From positions 34,636-98,635 of the IMG/VR virus record IMGVR_UViG_2515154161_000003: a stretch of 64,000 bases of DNA; one strand, written 5' to 3'. Within the stretch, counting starts at the first letter, position 1; each line of letters starts with the position of its first letter. A program made the position numbers and the translations under genes. This stretch comes from a virus. Taxonomy: Duplodnaviria > Caudoviricetes. This document shows positions 26,750 through 36,718 of this stretch, piece after piece. The notes under the pieces were generated by a model. It made no database searches, was not told the origin of the DNA, and saw only the letters and a list, made by a program, of their open reading frames with translations.

Positions 26750-27337
26750 TCACCACACCCACCCCAAGCGCACACGCCCCTGCACGCCCCCGCCCGATTC
26801 CCTGAGCGCTTCACCCCCTATGCGCAGGCGCCCTAGGTCGCGCTCAATCCACACGCCTGGGGTCTTGGCGTACCCTACGCTGATCCCTGCGGCCCAGGGA
26901 TGGGATTCAGGGATCAGTGCCGCTTCAATAGGTACGTCCAGTGCAGAGATAATCCGCCCTTCCGGGCTGCTGGCTATCACCCTGCGCCCGCCCTCCTCCT
27001 GCACCAGGGATAAATTCACATCCAGAGGCGCGGGGTCGCACTGGCAGCCTGCCGGGCTGGTAAAGGCTGGAGGCTTGAGCTTGATGCTCACTCGGCGCTC
27101 TTCAGTCACCCCCATCGGGATCTTGTGCGGTGGCTTGGTCGGGGTGGATTCCGGCTTGCGCTCGGCAATCACTGACTGATCAGACTGGCGCTCCTGGGGT
27201 GCGGCGGTGATCACTTCCGGCTTGGGGGCTGACGTATGTACACCGAACAGGTAAGAGCCAACCGCGACCCCTACAACCAGGGCCACACACACTGAGATAC
27301 GTAGCACGCGACCATAAGGCTGGATGGAGATATTCAC
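26750..27337 (-). CDS. Lysis accessory protein in the spanin position
   Basis: Follows the endolysin; N-terminal TM; C-terminal amphipathic beta-strands ending GWVW. Confidence 0.6.
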   Translation of the reverse strand: MNISIQPYGRVLRISVCVALVVGVAVGSYLFGVHTSAPKPEVITAAPQERQSDQSVIAERKPESTPTKPPHKIPMGVTEERRVSIKLKPPAFTSPAGCQCDPAPLDVNLSLVQEEGGRRVIASSPEGRIISALDVPIEAALIPESHPWAAGISVGYAKTPGVWIERDLGRLRIGGEALRESGGGVQGRVRLGWVW

Positions 27338-27339
27338 GG

Positions 27340-27852
27340 CTAAGCCTTCCCACACCAAACACGAAATTCACTGGCCTCGGCCTTGCGCCGAGCTGTCAAT
27401 CCGGCCCACCGTCGACCGCCTGCCCTATCCCACTGCTCAAACTGGCTCGCAGCGCCAAGGCAGTCACCCGCGTTGAGTTTCTTCATCAAGGTGGAGTGAC
27501 AAGCTGTCTGCGGGCCAACGTTCCAGGCGAAATCAATCAGCATTTCCCACTGGCGCTGGCTGATCGGCACAGTACGGCACTTGTCGATCACGGGAGCAAT
27601 AGTGGCCTGAATGATCTGGGCCTCTTTGTCGGCGCACTCGGCCTCTGTATAGCGACGCCCTGGCTGCACCCAACCCGGCGCAGCCCGGTTGGTGATGCCT
27701 CGGCACACGGTCAGCAACCCAGGCACAGCGGGGTCTTGGTACGCTACATACCGTGTGCCTTCGAAATGAGCTGTGAATGCAATCAGGAAGGCCGACACGA
27801 TACCGGTGGCCCCCACACCGATACTGATCCAGGGTGCAATCTCACGCGCCAT
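27340..27852 (-). CDS. SAR endolysin (GH24 lysozyme)
   Basis: N-terminal Gly/Ala-rich TM; FEG...YQD...TVCRGIT catalytic triad; FAWNVG; GLTARRKAE. Confidence 0.9.
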   Translation of the reverse strand: MAREIAPWISIGVGATGIVSAFLIAFTAHFEGTRYVAYQDPAVPGLLTVCRGITNRAAPGWVQPGRRYTEAECADKEAQIIQATIAPVIDKCRTVPISQRQWEMLIDFAWNVGPQTACHSTLMKKLNAGDCLGAASQFEQWDRAGGRRWAGLTARRKAEASEFRVWCGKA

Positions 27853-27854
27853 CG

Positions 27855-28142
27855 TTAATCCTCCTTCGCCGCGTCACTGGCTTTCAGCTTCCCCGCTTCC
27901 GCTGCTACTGCAATGCGATGCTTGAGCCAGGAGTTGATCACCCCAAACACAACCCCAATCAGCAAGGACAGGGCCGCTGCGTTGCTGTTCACCCAGCCAA
28001 GCACAGCGGCCAACGACAAGGATGTCATGGATGCTGAATGAACCCAGTTGTGCCGCTCGCGCCACACTACGCTTACCGCTGCAATCAAGGCAGCAATCGC
28101 CAGGACTACGAACACATGCATTTTTGTGAACCTCTCGCTCAT
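27855..28142 (-). CDS. Holin
   Basis: 95 aa, 2-3 TM segments, charged C-terminus, directly upstream of the endolysin. Confidence 0.7.
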   Translation of the reverse strand: MSERFTKMHVFVVLAIAALIAAVSVVWRERHNWVHSASMTSLSLAAVLGWVNSNAAALSLLIGVVFGVINSWLKHRIAVAAEAGKLKASDAAKED

Positions 28143-28161
28143 ACCCTGGCCTTTGCGACTG

Positions 28162-29112
28162 TTAAATGTAATCCCCGCGCATGCGTGCCTTCGTGGCCTC
28201 CGGCAATGCGGCAAACTCTTCGGCGCTCATCTTCGTGGCATCAGGTGTGGCGCTGGTGGCGCCTGCCTTGTCAGAATCCAGTCCGACTTCATGTGTGCTT
28301 GGTGGCTGCTTGGCAGCCGTGTCGATGTTCTTCTTGACCTGAGCCTTTTTACGATCATCAGTGACCTGTGCGGCGGACAAGCCTTTCTGCGGTTCCTCTT
28401 TCGCAGGGGCCGCTTTTTGCTTCAGGAATTTTTCTGCTGCCGTCACAAGTGCGGCGGAAGGAGGCAGGCCGTCCCGTGTGACAAGCAGGTTCTGGTACGA
28501 CAGAATCATGTCGCACAGATCATTGTCATATTGCTCAGAACTGGGGTTCAACGTGGGGTACTCGGCTTCCAGCTTGGCAACTGCAGCTTGAACCCGCTCG
28601 ACTTCCAGCGTCTGCGAAATTTGCTGGTTGGCGCGTTGTGTGGCTTCCGTCGTAGCGATCTGGCGTTCCAGCGTGCGGATTTCACGGCGCAGCTTTGCAG
28701 CGTCCTCATCCTTCCCATCCAGTAGGAGCTTGGCATACTGGGTTTCCATGCTGTCAACCCTGGACTCAAGCTCGCTGGTCTCGGCAACCTGGGCCACAGC
28801 CTGCTCCCGCGCAGCAAGACGCTTCTCGGCCTCCGCTGCACGGCGCTCTGCCGCAACACGTGCTTCACGCTCCTTACCTACGGCTTCGTCGAAGCGTGCC
28901 TTCGGAATGCGGGGGGCAAACTGCCCCTTCTCATCACGCGGCAGGTCTTCATCCGTCTGCTCCGTGACGTCGCCATCCGTGTTCTGGGTAGTCTGGGCAT
29001 CGTCTTCAGCCACTTGGCCCTCAGTGGCTGGCTGCGCTGCAGTGGTAGTGGCGGAGGTAGCTTCCTCAACGTAGTTGTCACCGCGATCCAGGTTTTCGGT
29101 CGTTTCCATCAA
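28162..29112 (-). CDS. Capsid scaffolding protein
   Basis: Acidic N-terminus, RIPKARFDE, coiled coil, C-terminal MSAEEFAALPE...RMRGD. Confidence 0.8.
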   Translation of the reverse strand: MMETTENLDRGDNYVEEATSATTTAAQPATEGQVAEDDAQTTQNTDGDVTEQTDEDLPRDEKGQFAPRIPKARFDEAVGKEREARVAAERRAAEAEKRLAAREQAVAQVAETSELESRVDSMETQYAKLLLDGKDEDAAKLRREIRTLERQIATTEATQRANQQISQTLEVERVQAAVAKLEAEYPTLNPSSEQYDNDLCDMILSYQNLLVTRDGLPPSAALVTAAEKFLKQKAAPAKEEPQKGLSAAQVTDDRKKAQVKKNIDTAAKQPPSTHEVGLDSDKAGATSATPDATKMSAEEFAALPEATKARMRGDYI

Positions 29113-31230
29113 TCACTCCTTTTCGTTTGTGGTGGCGGGCTGCGCGTTTTTGCGCAGAATTTCTGCGTGCTGGGCAGCCGCTTGCTGCGCAACTTCGTGT
29201 TGATGGCGCTCACGCTCCAGCGCGAGCTTCGCTTCCATCTCTTGTCGCTTCAGCCCAAGCTCTTCCTGCTTGGCCTGGATTTCCGCAGCCAGCCGACGCT
29301 CTTCCAGGGCAAGCTCTGCCTGCATGCGCTGGATTTCCAGCGATGTATCTGGCGCGTTGCCTTGTAGCTCCCGCTGGGCTTGTGCCTGCTTGAGTTCGGC
29401 CTGCGCCTTGGTATGCACGACATCCGCTTCGAGCTTGGCTGCCTCTGCCGTCTGGATGCGCTGTTGAAGCTGGGCCTGCGCTTGTGCTTCGGGAGAATTG
29501 GTCTGAGCCTCCATCTGCTTGATGATGTCTGCACGCCGCTGCAAGCGGCTGTTCTCAACAAGCACCGAGTCGGGCACTGGAACACCTTCCTTGCGAAGAG
29601 CCAATGCCTGCTCAAACTGGCTGTCTTCCATACTGGCGCGGGCAGGTGTGGAGGTAATGACGATAGAGTATTCCCCAAGCGTGAGATCATTGACGATCTC
29701 ACCTGTCTCCGGGTTGACCTTGTTCACTGCGATGGATTCAGGCTCACGTGTGGCATCTGCATGCGTAATCGTGATGAGGCGTTCTTCGGTATAATACTGC
29801 TGGATGAGGTCCAGTACGTTCCGGGCCAGTATCCAGTCCGTGCGCTCCAGGTTGTCCATCACCTTGGTCAGATTCACCGAACCACGTTGCTGCTTGTAGG
29901 CGATGGCTTTGGCGGCAACATCTTCACGGTCGAAACCCTGCATGGAGTCCGACACGCCTGAAATACCTTTCAGGTGCTCTTCTGCCTTGTAGCTGACACG
30001 GTCCAAGCCGGTTGGCGTCTGGTTAGGCTGGATTTTTTGAGGCGGCGTGGAGTTCTTCCTGAACTCAACTACCAAGCCTGTCTGGGCGCCGGAAACTTCC
30101 AGCTCACCCGTTGTCATGTTGGTGAGGCTGTTCTCTTCCACGACCCAGCCGCTGTTGGCCGTGGTGTTGATGATGTGCAGCTCCTGGCTGGAGGTCTTGT
30201 TCAGGATCTCCTGCGGGCCGAGCATATTCTCAACAATGCCGACCGTTCTTCCGTAACGGAAGTGCGGGAAATAGGGCACTACTGTGAAGTGTTTGTAGGG
30301 AGACCATTCATCCCGCAAAACCACGTTGTCAGCCGTAACGGTCCAGCGAATGCGCTTGACCAGCTTTTTGATTGTCGAGAGCTTGCCGCCCGCTTTTTCG
30401 AGCAATGCAGCAATCCGGTTACGATCCCAGTCCACTGGAACTGGCCGCATATCTCCGGTTTCGACATCAACGAAATGGAGCTGTTTGTCGAGCTGCCGGT
30501 ACTGGCGCTCCAGCAAGCGGATGTTCCGACGCACGCCTGCCTCATCAGAAACACCATAGTACCCACCGAGCGGAATCTGCCCGGCAAATCGGTCACGCAC
30601 ACGCTCGATGGAGTCGTAACCGTATGGATAGCTGGAACCTTCCTTATTGCGCAGATATTCGGCATCTTCCTCGTCATAAAGAACGGCGATGTCCTGGTAA
30701 GTCACCCACTTGGTGACAAACACATCCGCCCAGGTATCCGGGTCGTATTCTTCCGCATCAGGATCGACAACCACATTCTTCGAATTGAGCTGAGAGATCC
30801 GTACCTCACCCTGCATGGCGTCATCAAAGTCCATGCGCACGTCGTAGAAACCACGGGAGCGGATGACGCCGTCGCAAAACACATCGGAACGAACCCAGGG
30901 AAGCTGGTTATTCTGGCTGATCTGCATCCAGACCTTGCTCAGTGCATCTGCTGTCTCAGCAGGTGAGCCGTTGGCAGGCCTGAACAAGCACTCCGTGCGG
31001 TTGTATATCTGCTCGCCCAGAATGGTGCTGATCGTTGCAAGGATCTTGTTGATCGTGATGGCAGGACGACGTTGAAGTTTCAGGGCATTCAAGTCCTCTT
31101 GCTGCCACTGATCCCCGGCAAAGAACTTATCGCACTTATCCGCCTTGGCAACGAAGTCCAAATGACCGCGATCACGGCACCAACTGAACCGTAGCCACTG
31201 CTTCTGTGCGAGGTCTGCATCAACTGGCAT
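29113..31230 (-). CDS. Portal protein (P22/N4-like)
   Basis: FFAGDQW...RPAITINKI, VPYFP...GIVENM, C-terminal Q/E-rich barrel; probable start MPVDAD at 31230. Confidence 0.9.
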   Translation of the reverse strand: MPVDADLAQKQWLRFSWCRDRGHLDFVAKADKCDKFFAGDQWQQEDLNALKLQRRPAITINKILATISTILGEQIYNRTECLFRPANGSPAETADALSKVWMQISQNNQLPWVRSDVFCDGVIRSRGFYDVRMDFDDAMQGEVRISQLNSKNVVVDPDAEEYDPDTWADVFVTKWVTYQDIAVLYDEEDAEYLRNKEGSSYPYGYDSIERVRDRFAGQIPLGGYYGVSDEAGVRRNIRLLERQYRQLDKQLHFVDVETGDMRPVPVDWDRNRIAALLEKAGGKLSTIKKLVKRIRWTVTADNVVLRDEWSPYKHFTVVPYFPHFRYGRTVGIVENMLGPQEILNKTSSQELHIINTTANSGWVVEENSLTNMTTGELEVSGAQTGLVVEFRKNSTPPQKIQPNQTPTGLDRVSYKAEEHLKGISGVSDSMQGFDREDVAAKAIAYKQQRGSVNLTKVMDNLERTDWILARNVLDLIQQYYTEERLITITHADATREPESIAVNKVNPETGEIVNDLTLGEYSIVITSTPARASMEDSQFEQALALRKEGVPVPDSVLVENSRLQRRADIIKQMEAQTNSPEAQAQAQLQQRIQTAEAAKLEADVVHTKAQAELKQAQAQRELQGNAPDTSLEIQRMQAELALEERRLAAEIQAKQEELGLKRQEMEAKLALERERHQHEVAQQAAAQHAEILRKNAQPATTNEKE

Positions 31231-31337
31231 CAATAACCCTTGAAGAACGTTACTGGGGGGGGGCTCTGCGCGCCGAGAGATACAAAACATCTATATTTCA
31301 ACAACTTAGCGCACCGCAGACGAGCAAAATCCGCCGA

Positions 31338-31370
31338 TATCTATTAGACTTCATCAGAGTCTAGCAGATA
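31338..31370. promoter_or_regulatory. Phased TCT-N3-AGA operator upstream of the portal gene
   Basis: TCTATTAGA 31340, TTCATCAGA 31350, TCTAGCAGA 31360. Confidence 0.65.
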
Positions 31371-31468
31371 GAATAGCGGTCCACCAGCAAGAAACCTCAT
31401 GCTCTGGTCGCATCTATTAAAAATAGATGGTTTAGCGAAACAAGAACAAAAATTTGGCGGACTGTTTT

Positions 31469-31891
31469 TTAAAACCACGACCGTGTACAAGTGCAATTCC
31501 CTTCAACCATGTGGCACCCAGGGCACACTTGTGGCAAATCAGGAATTGAGACACACAACACCTCCCGCACAACCGCTCTCAACATAGCCCCTTCATCTGC
31601 CTCCAACTTCACACAACTCGGCATCAGTGCCTTCAGTGCATCATGATCTAGCCCCCGATAATACGTCTCGCGCCCTTTCAAATAATCTTTCCGCTCAGCC
31701 CGCAAGCGGCTGCTAAGCGCCGCACATTCCTGAAACTCATCACGAGAAAGCTCCCCTTCATACTCAACACTCCATGCTCCCCCATCGTTTTTAACAATAG
31801 GCTGCATTTTAGTTAGACTTGATATGCATGAGCAAAGTTTGTTTGCATCAGCCTGAGTAGCTAGCAGAAAAGCCCCATGAATCATCCCCAA
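31469..31891 (-). CDS. Hypothetical protein with C-terminal CxxC...CxC zinc-binding motif
   Basis: VCPGCHMVEGNCTC; low GC. Confidence 0.65.
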   Translation of the reverse strand: MGMIHGAFLLATQADANKLCSCISSLTKMQPIVKNDGGAWSVEYEGELSRDEFQECAALSSRLRAERKDYLKGRETYYRGLDHDALKALMPSCVKLEADEGAMLRAVVREVLCVSIPDLPQVCPGCHMVEGNCTCTRSWF

Positions 31892-31945
31892 AAATAATTG
31901 AGGATTTCATCATATCACGGGCCAATCAAATCCATCTACCATAGC

Positions 31946-34180
31946 CTACATCTCATATGCCCCAACAACAAAAGTACCAGGGGTGCTCACGACTTTTGCC
32001 AACTCGCTTGCATCACAATTACTCCACAGCAGTTTGTATTGCCTTGGGATAGCCTCGACAAGAACTTTTGCTAGGCTAGACTTCCAATTATTTCCAACCA
32101 ATAAAGTCTCAAGCATACCTAACACTAAGTTAGCATTTGCAAGATCATCGTACCCAACCCAAAGTGCTGTCTGCCGTTCAACATAGTTACTACCCAATGT
32201 TTCTAGCGATTTTATTTCAGCGAGTATAGTGCTTGTGCCTGCCGCCAATACCGCACTGGCTTCATTTATCGTAGTCACGGCCTCCAGGGCTCTCAGGACT
32301 GGCAGCACAGGATTTACATAAAAGGCGGCGGCATAGGTCGCACTAGATCCTGGGTACACGAATAGGGCAACAGGCATATTGCTAGGCATGGATGGAATCA
32401 TAGCAGGAGAGTACATAGAATTATTTTCTGCAGAAATATACGCATTTGCCCCCCACGTATCACCAACACTAATCCCTCCAAGCCCTCTGTAGCATCCAAA
32501 CGTGGTAGCTTCATCTTCCACTATTGGGTTAGCGTTCTCGAATCTGTCGCTATCGTCACTCACGACTTCAAATATCTGAAGTCCAGAATAGTCTTCGATA
32601 TCCTTACTTTCTAAAACCCCAAAAACAGATGGCAACTCCCTCCCGATATATGTCACCCCGTCAACGTAGAGCACGTTTTCGTCATAGTACAAACGTAGCT
32701 CTGGAAATATATATGAATGCCTGATACGCCCACTTATAGGTCTAAATTTTATATTTCGTACAACCCCAGGATCAGGATAGAGCGGGTAGGAGCTAATCGC
32801 TGAACCACTTACTGCTTCGTCTTCAACCTCAACAAGCATTGAAACATTATCAAACACGTCAATCTGCCTTAAGAAGTGCGTGGTGCCTCCAGAGAACGCT
32901 ATGCTTTTGTACATATAACCTCGGTTATGCGTATGCTCCCAATGCATCGTTTTGGTACTTACAGGCTCAAGAGGAAACAAATCAACCACCAAGTCACCAA
33001 CTGAGTTAATCCTAACGAGCTTCAGCAATGCCTCCATACGCGTATTGGAACGTTCGCCACTCTTATTCCACACCACCCTCCCAACATATGACAACATTAC
33101 AGCGCACCCTGCCAACGGCATCGCCCATACCAAATTCGTAACCTCTGTATATAAATCTGTACCTATACCAGAGTACTCCATTGAGTTTCCATCCTTTGCC
33201 GAAACAACTTCGCTTCCGGTATAAAAAACGCCTAACGCCAATTCAAAGAAAGACGTCACCGGACGTTCTCCATCATGCAGAATAAAGCTATTCAGAACAC
33301 TTGCCGTATCCTCCAAAAAAGAGACTTTTGCAACACCAAGACTACGTGTAATTTTTATAGTTATCGACGCCCCCGTAACCGACACAAAATATGTACCAAT
33401 TTTCGCTATTTTAGACTCACAAATTTTGTAATGGGCATTTATTAAAAAACCAGACTCGTCTCTATTTACCACAAATGGGTGTAGTTCACATTTCCAATTA
33501 ATCCCAAGAAATGAGAATACAAAAGACGCCCTTCCTTCATTATCAATAGCAACGACACCTACTTTCATAGGCGTAAGTTCTGCTTCGTGCGGGATATCAA
33601 ATTTAGCCACTTCAATTGTTTTTTCTGAAGGGTAATCAGCGCTAGTTACAGGATCACTGCAGGCGACGATCCGCACCCCTCCGGGATACTCACACAACAC
33701 TCTTGAACTGTAGCTCAAAACAGGAGAAATTGCGTTTTCCCAATTAGGCACAAGCGTACTCACCTTTGGTAGCCGACTTGCCCATGAATGTCTAGAAAGC
33801 CTTGCGGATTTTCTTATCAAGTTAAGCGAGACTAGTGACGTCTTTACACTTTTTTCGCCAGCAACTTTAACTTTAAACACCCTGTTTTCAACTTTAACAT
33901 TTAATACACGGTTCCCCAAAAATACATACGGAATAACCGTTGAAGCATATATAAACGTCAATTCATTCTTTTGTGCAACAACGACCTCACCACCTTGCAT
34001 CACCCCCTGCCGTACCGCTCGCACAACGACCATAAACCCTTTATGCACAATCGTTTTACTCACAATTGTGCATTTATTACCCAATCCAGCCTGAAGTCTT
34101 TTCCAAAGCTCCAGCCCCACAACACCGGCTTCAACAGCCCCCGCCGAAGAGTCTGGCAGTACGATTTTAGGCGTACTCAC
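31946..34180 (-). CDS. Large low-GC hypothetical protein in the late operon
   Basis: 744-aa ORF; GTGA overlap with the upstream gene; beta-rich. Confidence 0.8.
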   Translation of the reverse strand: MSTPKIVLPDSSAGAVEAGVVGLELWKRLQAGLGNKCTIVSKTIVHKGFMVVVRAVRQGVMQGGEVVVAQKNELTFIYASTVIPYVFLGNRVLNVKVENRVFKVKVAGEKSVKTSLVSLNLIRKSARLSRHSWASRLPKVSTLVPNWENAISPVLSYSSRVLCEYPGGVRIVACSDPVTSADYPSEKTIEVAKFDIPHEAELTPMKVGVVAIDNEGRASFVFSFLGINWKCELHPFVVNRDESGFLINAHYKICESKIAKIGTYFVSVTGASITIKITRSLGVAKVSFLEDTASVLNSFILHDGERPVTSFFELALGVFYTGSEVVSAKDGNSMEYSGIGTDLYTEVTNLVWAMPLAGCAVMLSYVGRVVWNKSGERSNTRMEALLKLVRINSVGDLVVDLFPLEPVSTKTMHWEHTHNRGYMYKSIAFSGGTTHFLRQIDVFDNVSMLVEVEDEAVSGSAISSYPLYPDPGVVRNIKFRPISGRIRHSYIFPELRLYYDENVLYVDGVTYIGRELPSVFGVLESKDIEDYSGLQIFEVVSDDSDRFENANPIVEDEATTFGCYRGLGGISVGDTWGANAYISAENNSMYSPAMIPSMPSNMPVALFVYPGSSATYAAAFYVNPVLPVLRALEAVTTINEASAVLAAGTSTILAEIKSLETLGSNYVERQTALWVGYDDLANANLVLGMLETLLVGNNWKSSLAKVLVEAIPRQYKLLWSNCDASELAKVVSTPGTFVVGAYEM

Positions 34181-34386
34181 ACCCTCACCCCCAGATCGTC
34201 ATACTTGACCACTTCGCTTTCACCCGTAAGCAGTTCGTACTCGACAAAACCATCTTCGAACCACACAGAAAGCACTTCGCCACGACCGTAATGCGTATGT
34301 GCATACTGAGCCACTGCGTTGAACACGTGCCGAGGCACACCGCTCTGATTCTCAAACTGCATCGTGATAGGTGTCATGTCATGCAC
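34177..34386 (-). CDS. Small hypothetical protein
   Basis: Overlaps the terL end and the start of the 744-aa ORF. Confidence 0.6.
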   Translation of the reverse strand: MHDMTPITMQFENQSGVPRHVFNAVAQYAHTHYGRGEVLSVWFEDGFVEYELLTGESEVVKYDDLGVRV

Positions 34387-36208
34387 TCATGTGAGTAACC
34401 CCGGCTTCACCGGTAAAATCGGAAAGGCGATCTTTCCAGCTCTTGATCCTGGGAGTCGTATCCTTGGGCCTGGGCGCGGCACGCGTCAGTGTCAAGCGCA
34501 CAGCCCAGGCAGCGCCGTCAATAATGTCGTCATGCTTGCCAGCAGGGAACCGGGTGAATTCCGCAAACAGGTCACGGAACCAAGGGGCTTTCTCGTCGAA
34601 ATACACCTTACCAAGCTGCATGCGGCCCCGTAGCGGACTGGCCCGTACCATCTTGTCAGTGAGCGGTTTCAGCACCTCGTAACTGGGGTAGAACCGCAAC
34701 TCGTCGCAACGCTTGAGGAACTGGGCCTCCATCGTCTTCCAGATCTGCCCGTCCTCAAACCCTAATAGGGTGGCATCCCATTCGCGTGCGTACTCAATCA
34801 ACTGGTCGACAATGATCAGCGAGTCGCTGAAACGAAAACGCCGAACGTCCAGCACGTAGAGGTTGTCGCGGTGATCCTGGCCCAGTGTCACGCCCACGGT
34901 GTAATCCGATTCCTTGCCCGTGCTGATTGCAAAGTCCCATGCTTGATAGACGTGCAGTTCGCTCTTTGCCGGTGGCATGCCGTAATAGCGGAACATGTCC
35001 TTGGTGAAGAACATGCCGTCCTCCGGCATGGGGTTCTGCTGGTACAGCGCGTTCCAGACCCACTGCTGACCGGCAGCAATCAGGTTGCGCTTGATGCGCA
35101 GCATCGCCTCGGTATCGTATCGTGCAGGGTGCAGTGCAGTGCCCTTTGGCCGAGTCATCCTGGCCCCCGCTGGGGGCAGCTCTCCCGGCAGAATCTCAAT
35201 GATGCTGTCGTCTGTCAGCAGGAACTCATCGCCCTGTTCGTTGATGGCCGGGTAGCGTACCACCTCGAACTTGTCCCCCTCCCCCGACTCCATCACCGCC
35301 TGGATGCGTCCGGCCCAATCCGCTTCTGACCACCACGTCATAATCCCCAGCACGCCGCCCCCAGGGGCGAGGCGCGTATATGCTGTTGAGCTATACCATT
35401 CCCAGGTATTATCCGTAATCGTTTGCGAAGCAGCCGCTTCCTTGTCTTTCACCAAGTCATCCAGCAGCAGGATGTGAGCACCTCTGCCCGTAATCCCTGT
35501 GCCGACCCCGGCAGCCAGATAGCCACCACCACTCAGCAGGTTCCAGTTCTCCGTGGACTGGCTCGCGGGGTCCAGTACGCACTCAGGAAAAACCACCTGG
35601 AACGCCGGATCACGCAGCAGATCCCGAATATACCGGCTGAAGCTCAAGGTCAGGCTGGCCGTGTGGCTGGCAGCGATGATTTCCCAATCCGGGTGCTGGC
35701 CCAGCACCCAGGGCGGGAAGTTCCGGGAGCCAATCTCGCTTTTCCCGAGGCGTGGAGGGGTCATCAGCAGCAGCCGGGGGCTTTCCCCTCGCTCCACAGC
35801 CTTCAGGAAGCGCTCCAGGCGCCTACAGATGTCCTCGTGGACCCATCCAGCCAGATACTTGGGGCGGAAGCGCCGGATAAAGGGTAGAAGGCGGCGGCGA
35901 GCCAGTTCCCTGGCTGCCAGCTCGGCCATAGGGTTCGCCCTGGCAGCCTCCATATCGAATTTTGGCGGCTCATAAGCTGCGGTGGCCTCTCCAAGGGGGA
36001 GAAAACCGCTCTGAGGGGCGATTTCGGGGCTTTCCGGAGGGGTTTCAGGGCTGAGCCTTACCTTCCGGGCGGGTCTCCGGGTCTTTTTGAGCGGTTCCGA
36101 GGGTGGGGCAAACCCTGCATCCGAGCAGAACGGACACACCCCGTTGACCAAAGTGCCGGCCTCCCGAGGCGACTGACACACTGCGCACGTTGCCAGATCA
36201 GTGCTCAA
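34379..36208 (-). CDS. terL: Terminase large subunit with N-terminal Zn ribbon
   Basis: PPRLGKS Walker A, ITGRGAHILLLDD, ALYQQNP, AWDFA, FPAGKHDDIID; CAVC...CPFC. Confidence 0.95.
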   Translation of the reverse strand: MSTDLATCAVCQSPREAGTLVNGVCPFCSDAGFAPPSEPLKKTRRPARKVRLSPETPPESPEIAPQSGFLPLGEATAAYEPPKFDMEAARANPMAELAARELARRRLLPFIRRFRPKYLAGWVHEDICRRLERFLKAVERGESPRLLLMTPPRLGKSEIGSRNFPPWVLGQHPDWEIIAASHTASLTLSFSRYIRDLLRDPAFQVVFPECVLDPASQSTENWNLLSGGGYLAAGVGTGITGRGAHILLLDDLVKDKEAAASQTITDNTWEWYSSTAYTRLAPGGGVLGIMTWWSEADWAGRIQAVMESGEGDKFEVVRYPAINEQGDEFLLTDDSIIEILPGELPPAGARMTRPKGTALHPARYDTEAMLRIKRNLIAAGQQWVWNALYQQNPMPEDGMFFTKDMFRYYGMPPAKSELHVYQAWDFAISTGKESDYTVGVTLGQDHRDNLYVLDVRRFRFSDSLIIVDQLIEYAREWDATLLGFEDGQIWKTMEAQFLKRCDELRFYPSYEVLKPLTDKMVRASPLRGRMQLGKVYFDEKAPWFRDLFAEFTRFPAGKHDDIIDGAAWAVRLTLTRAAPRPKDTTPRIKSWKDRLSDFTGEAGVTHMSA

Positions 36209-36680
36209 TGGGTGGCTCCACGTCGATAATCATGCCATCCCCCTCGCCACAGGCTATCGCCAACAGCTCTGCGTCGCTCATGACCTCGAACTTCGAACGC
36301 AGCCTGCCCTGGCTGGTCGTCAGTTCCACCTTCTTGACCTCTGGCGCGTAGAAACCGAGCATCTTTCCGACTTCCGACCAGCCTTTAATCATCGCGCCTG
36401 GATCTCCTGCAAGCCGGGCGAGGTTGATGGCGTCCATGAACCCTTCCAACACGTCCAGGCGACGGATCTGCGCCGCTGATGACAGCTCAGTACGGGCCTC
36501 AGCCAGAGCTTTCGCTACATCCGGGGCGCGCGCGACGGCATGCCCGTGAGTCGAAGCTGAATACCCGGCTGCAAGAGCTGCTTGAGATAGCGTTTGGCCG
36601 TCGAGAACGGCTTCCGTGAAAGCCTCCTGCTTCTCGGTCAGTACGGATCGCTTCGATTGTCTGGACTTGGATGCCGCCAT
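36198..36680 (-). CDS. terS: Terminase small subunit
   Basis: LTEKQEAF...QAALAAGYS HTH; upstream of terL. Confidence 0.85.
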   Translation of the reverse strand: MAASKSRQSKRSVLTEKQEAFTEAVLDGQTLSQAALAAGYSASTHGHAVARAPDVAKALAEARTELSSAAQIRRLDVLEGFMDAINLARLAGDPGAMIKGWSEVGKMLGFYAPEVKKVELTTSQGRLRSKFEVMSDAELLAIACGEGDGMIIDVEPPIEH

Positions 36681-36718
36681 ACTCTCTATCAGATTTTCAC
36701 ACTCATCTTACAGAGAGT
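36681..36718. promoter_or_regulatory. Phased/palindromic operator abutting the terS start
   Basis: ACTCTCTATCAGA-N12-TCTTACAGAGAGT. Confidence 0.7.

Noticed and set aside
31231-31290. ORF-track N-terminal extensions (portal, primase 42104, ligase 56730, xis 57839 and others)
   Set aside because: Downstream starts have better RBS or motif context and the extensions run through regulatory DNA
7375-36680. Many long plus-strand ORFs opposite the structural genes (e.g. 12448-13230, 13974-14849, 29974-30966)
   Set aside because: Antisense shadows of GC-rich coding genes; no motifs or RBS recognised
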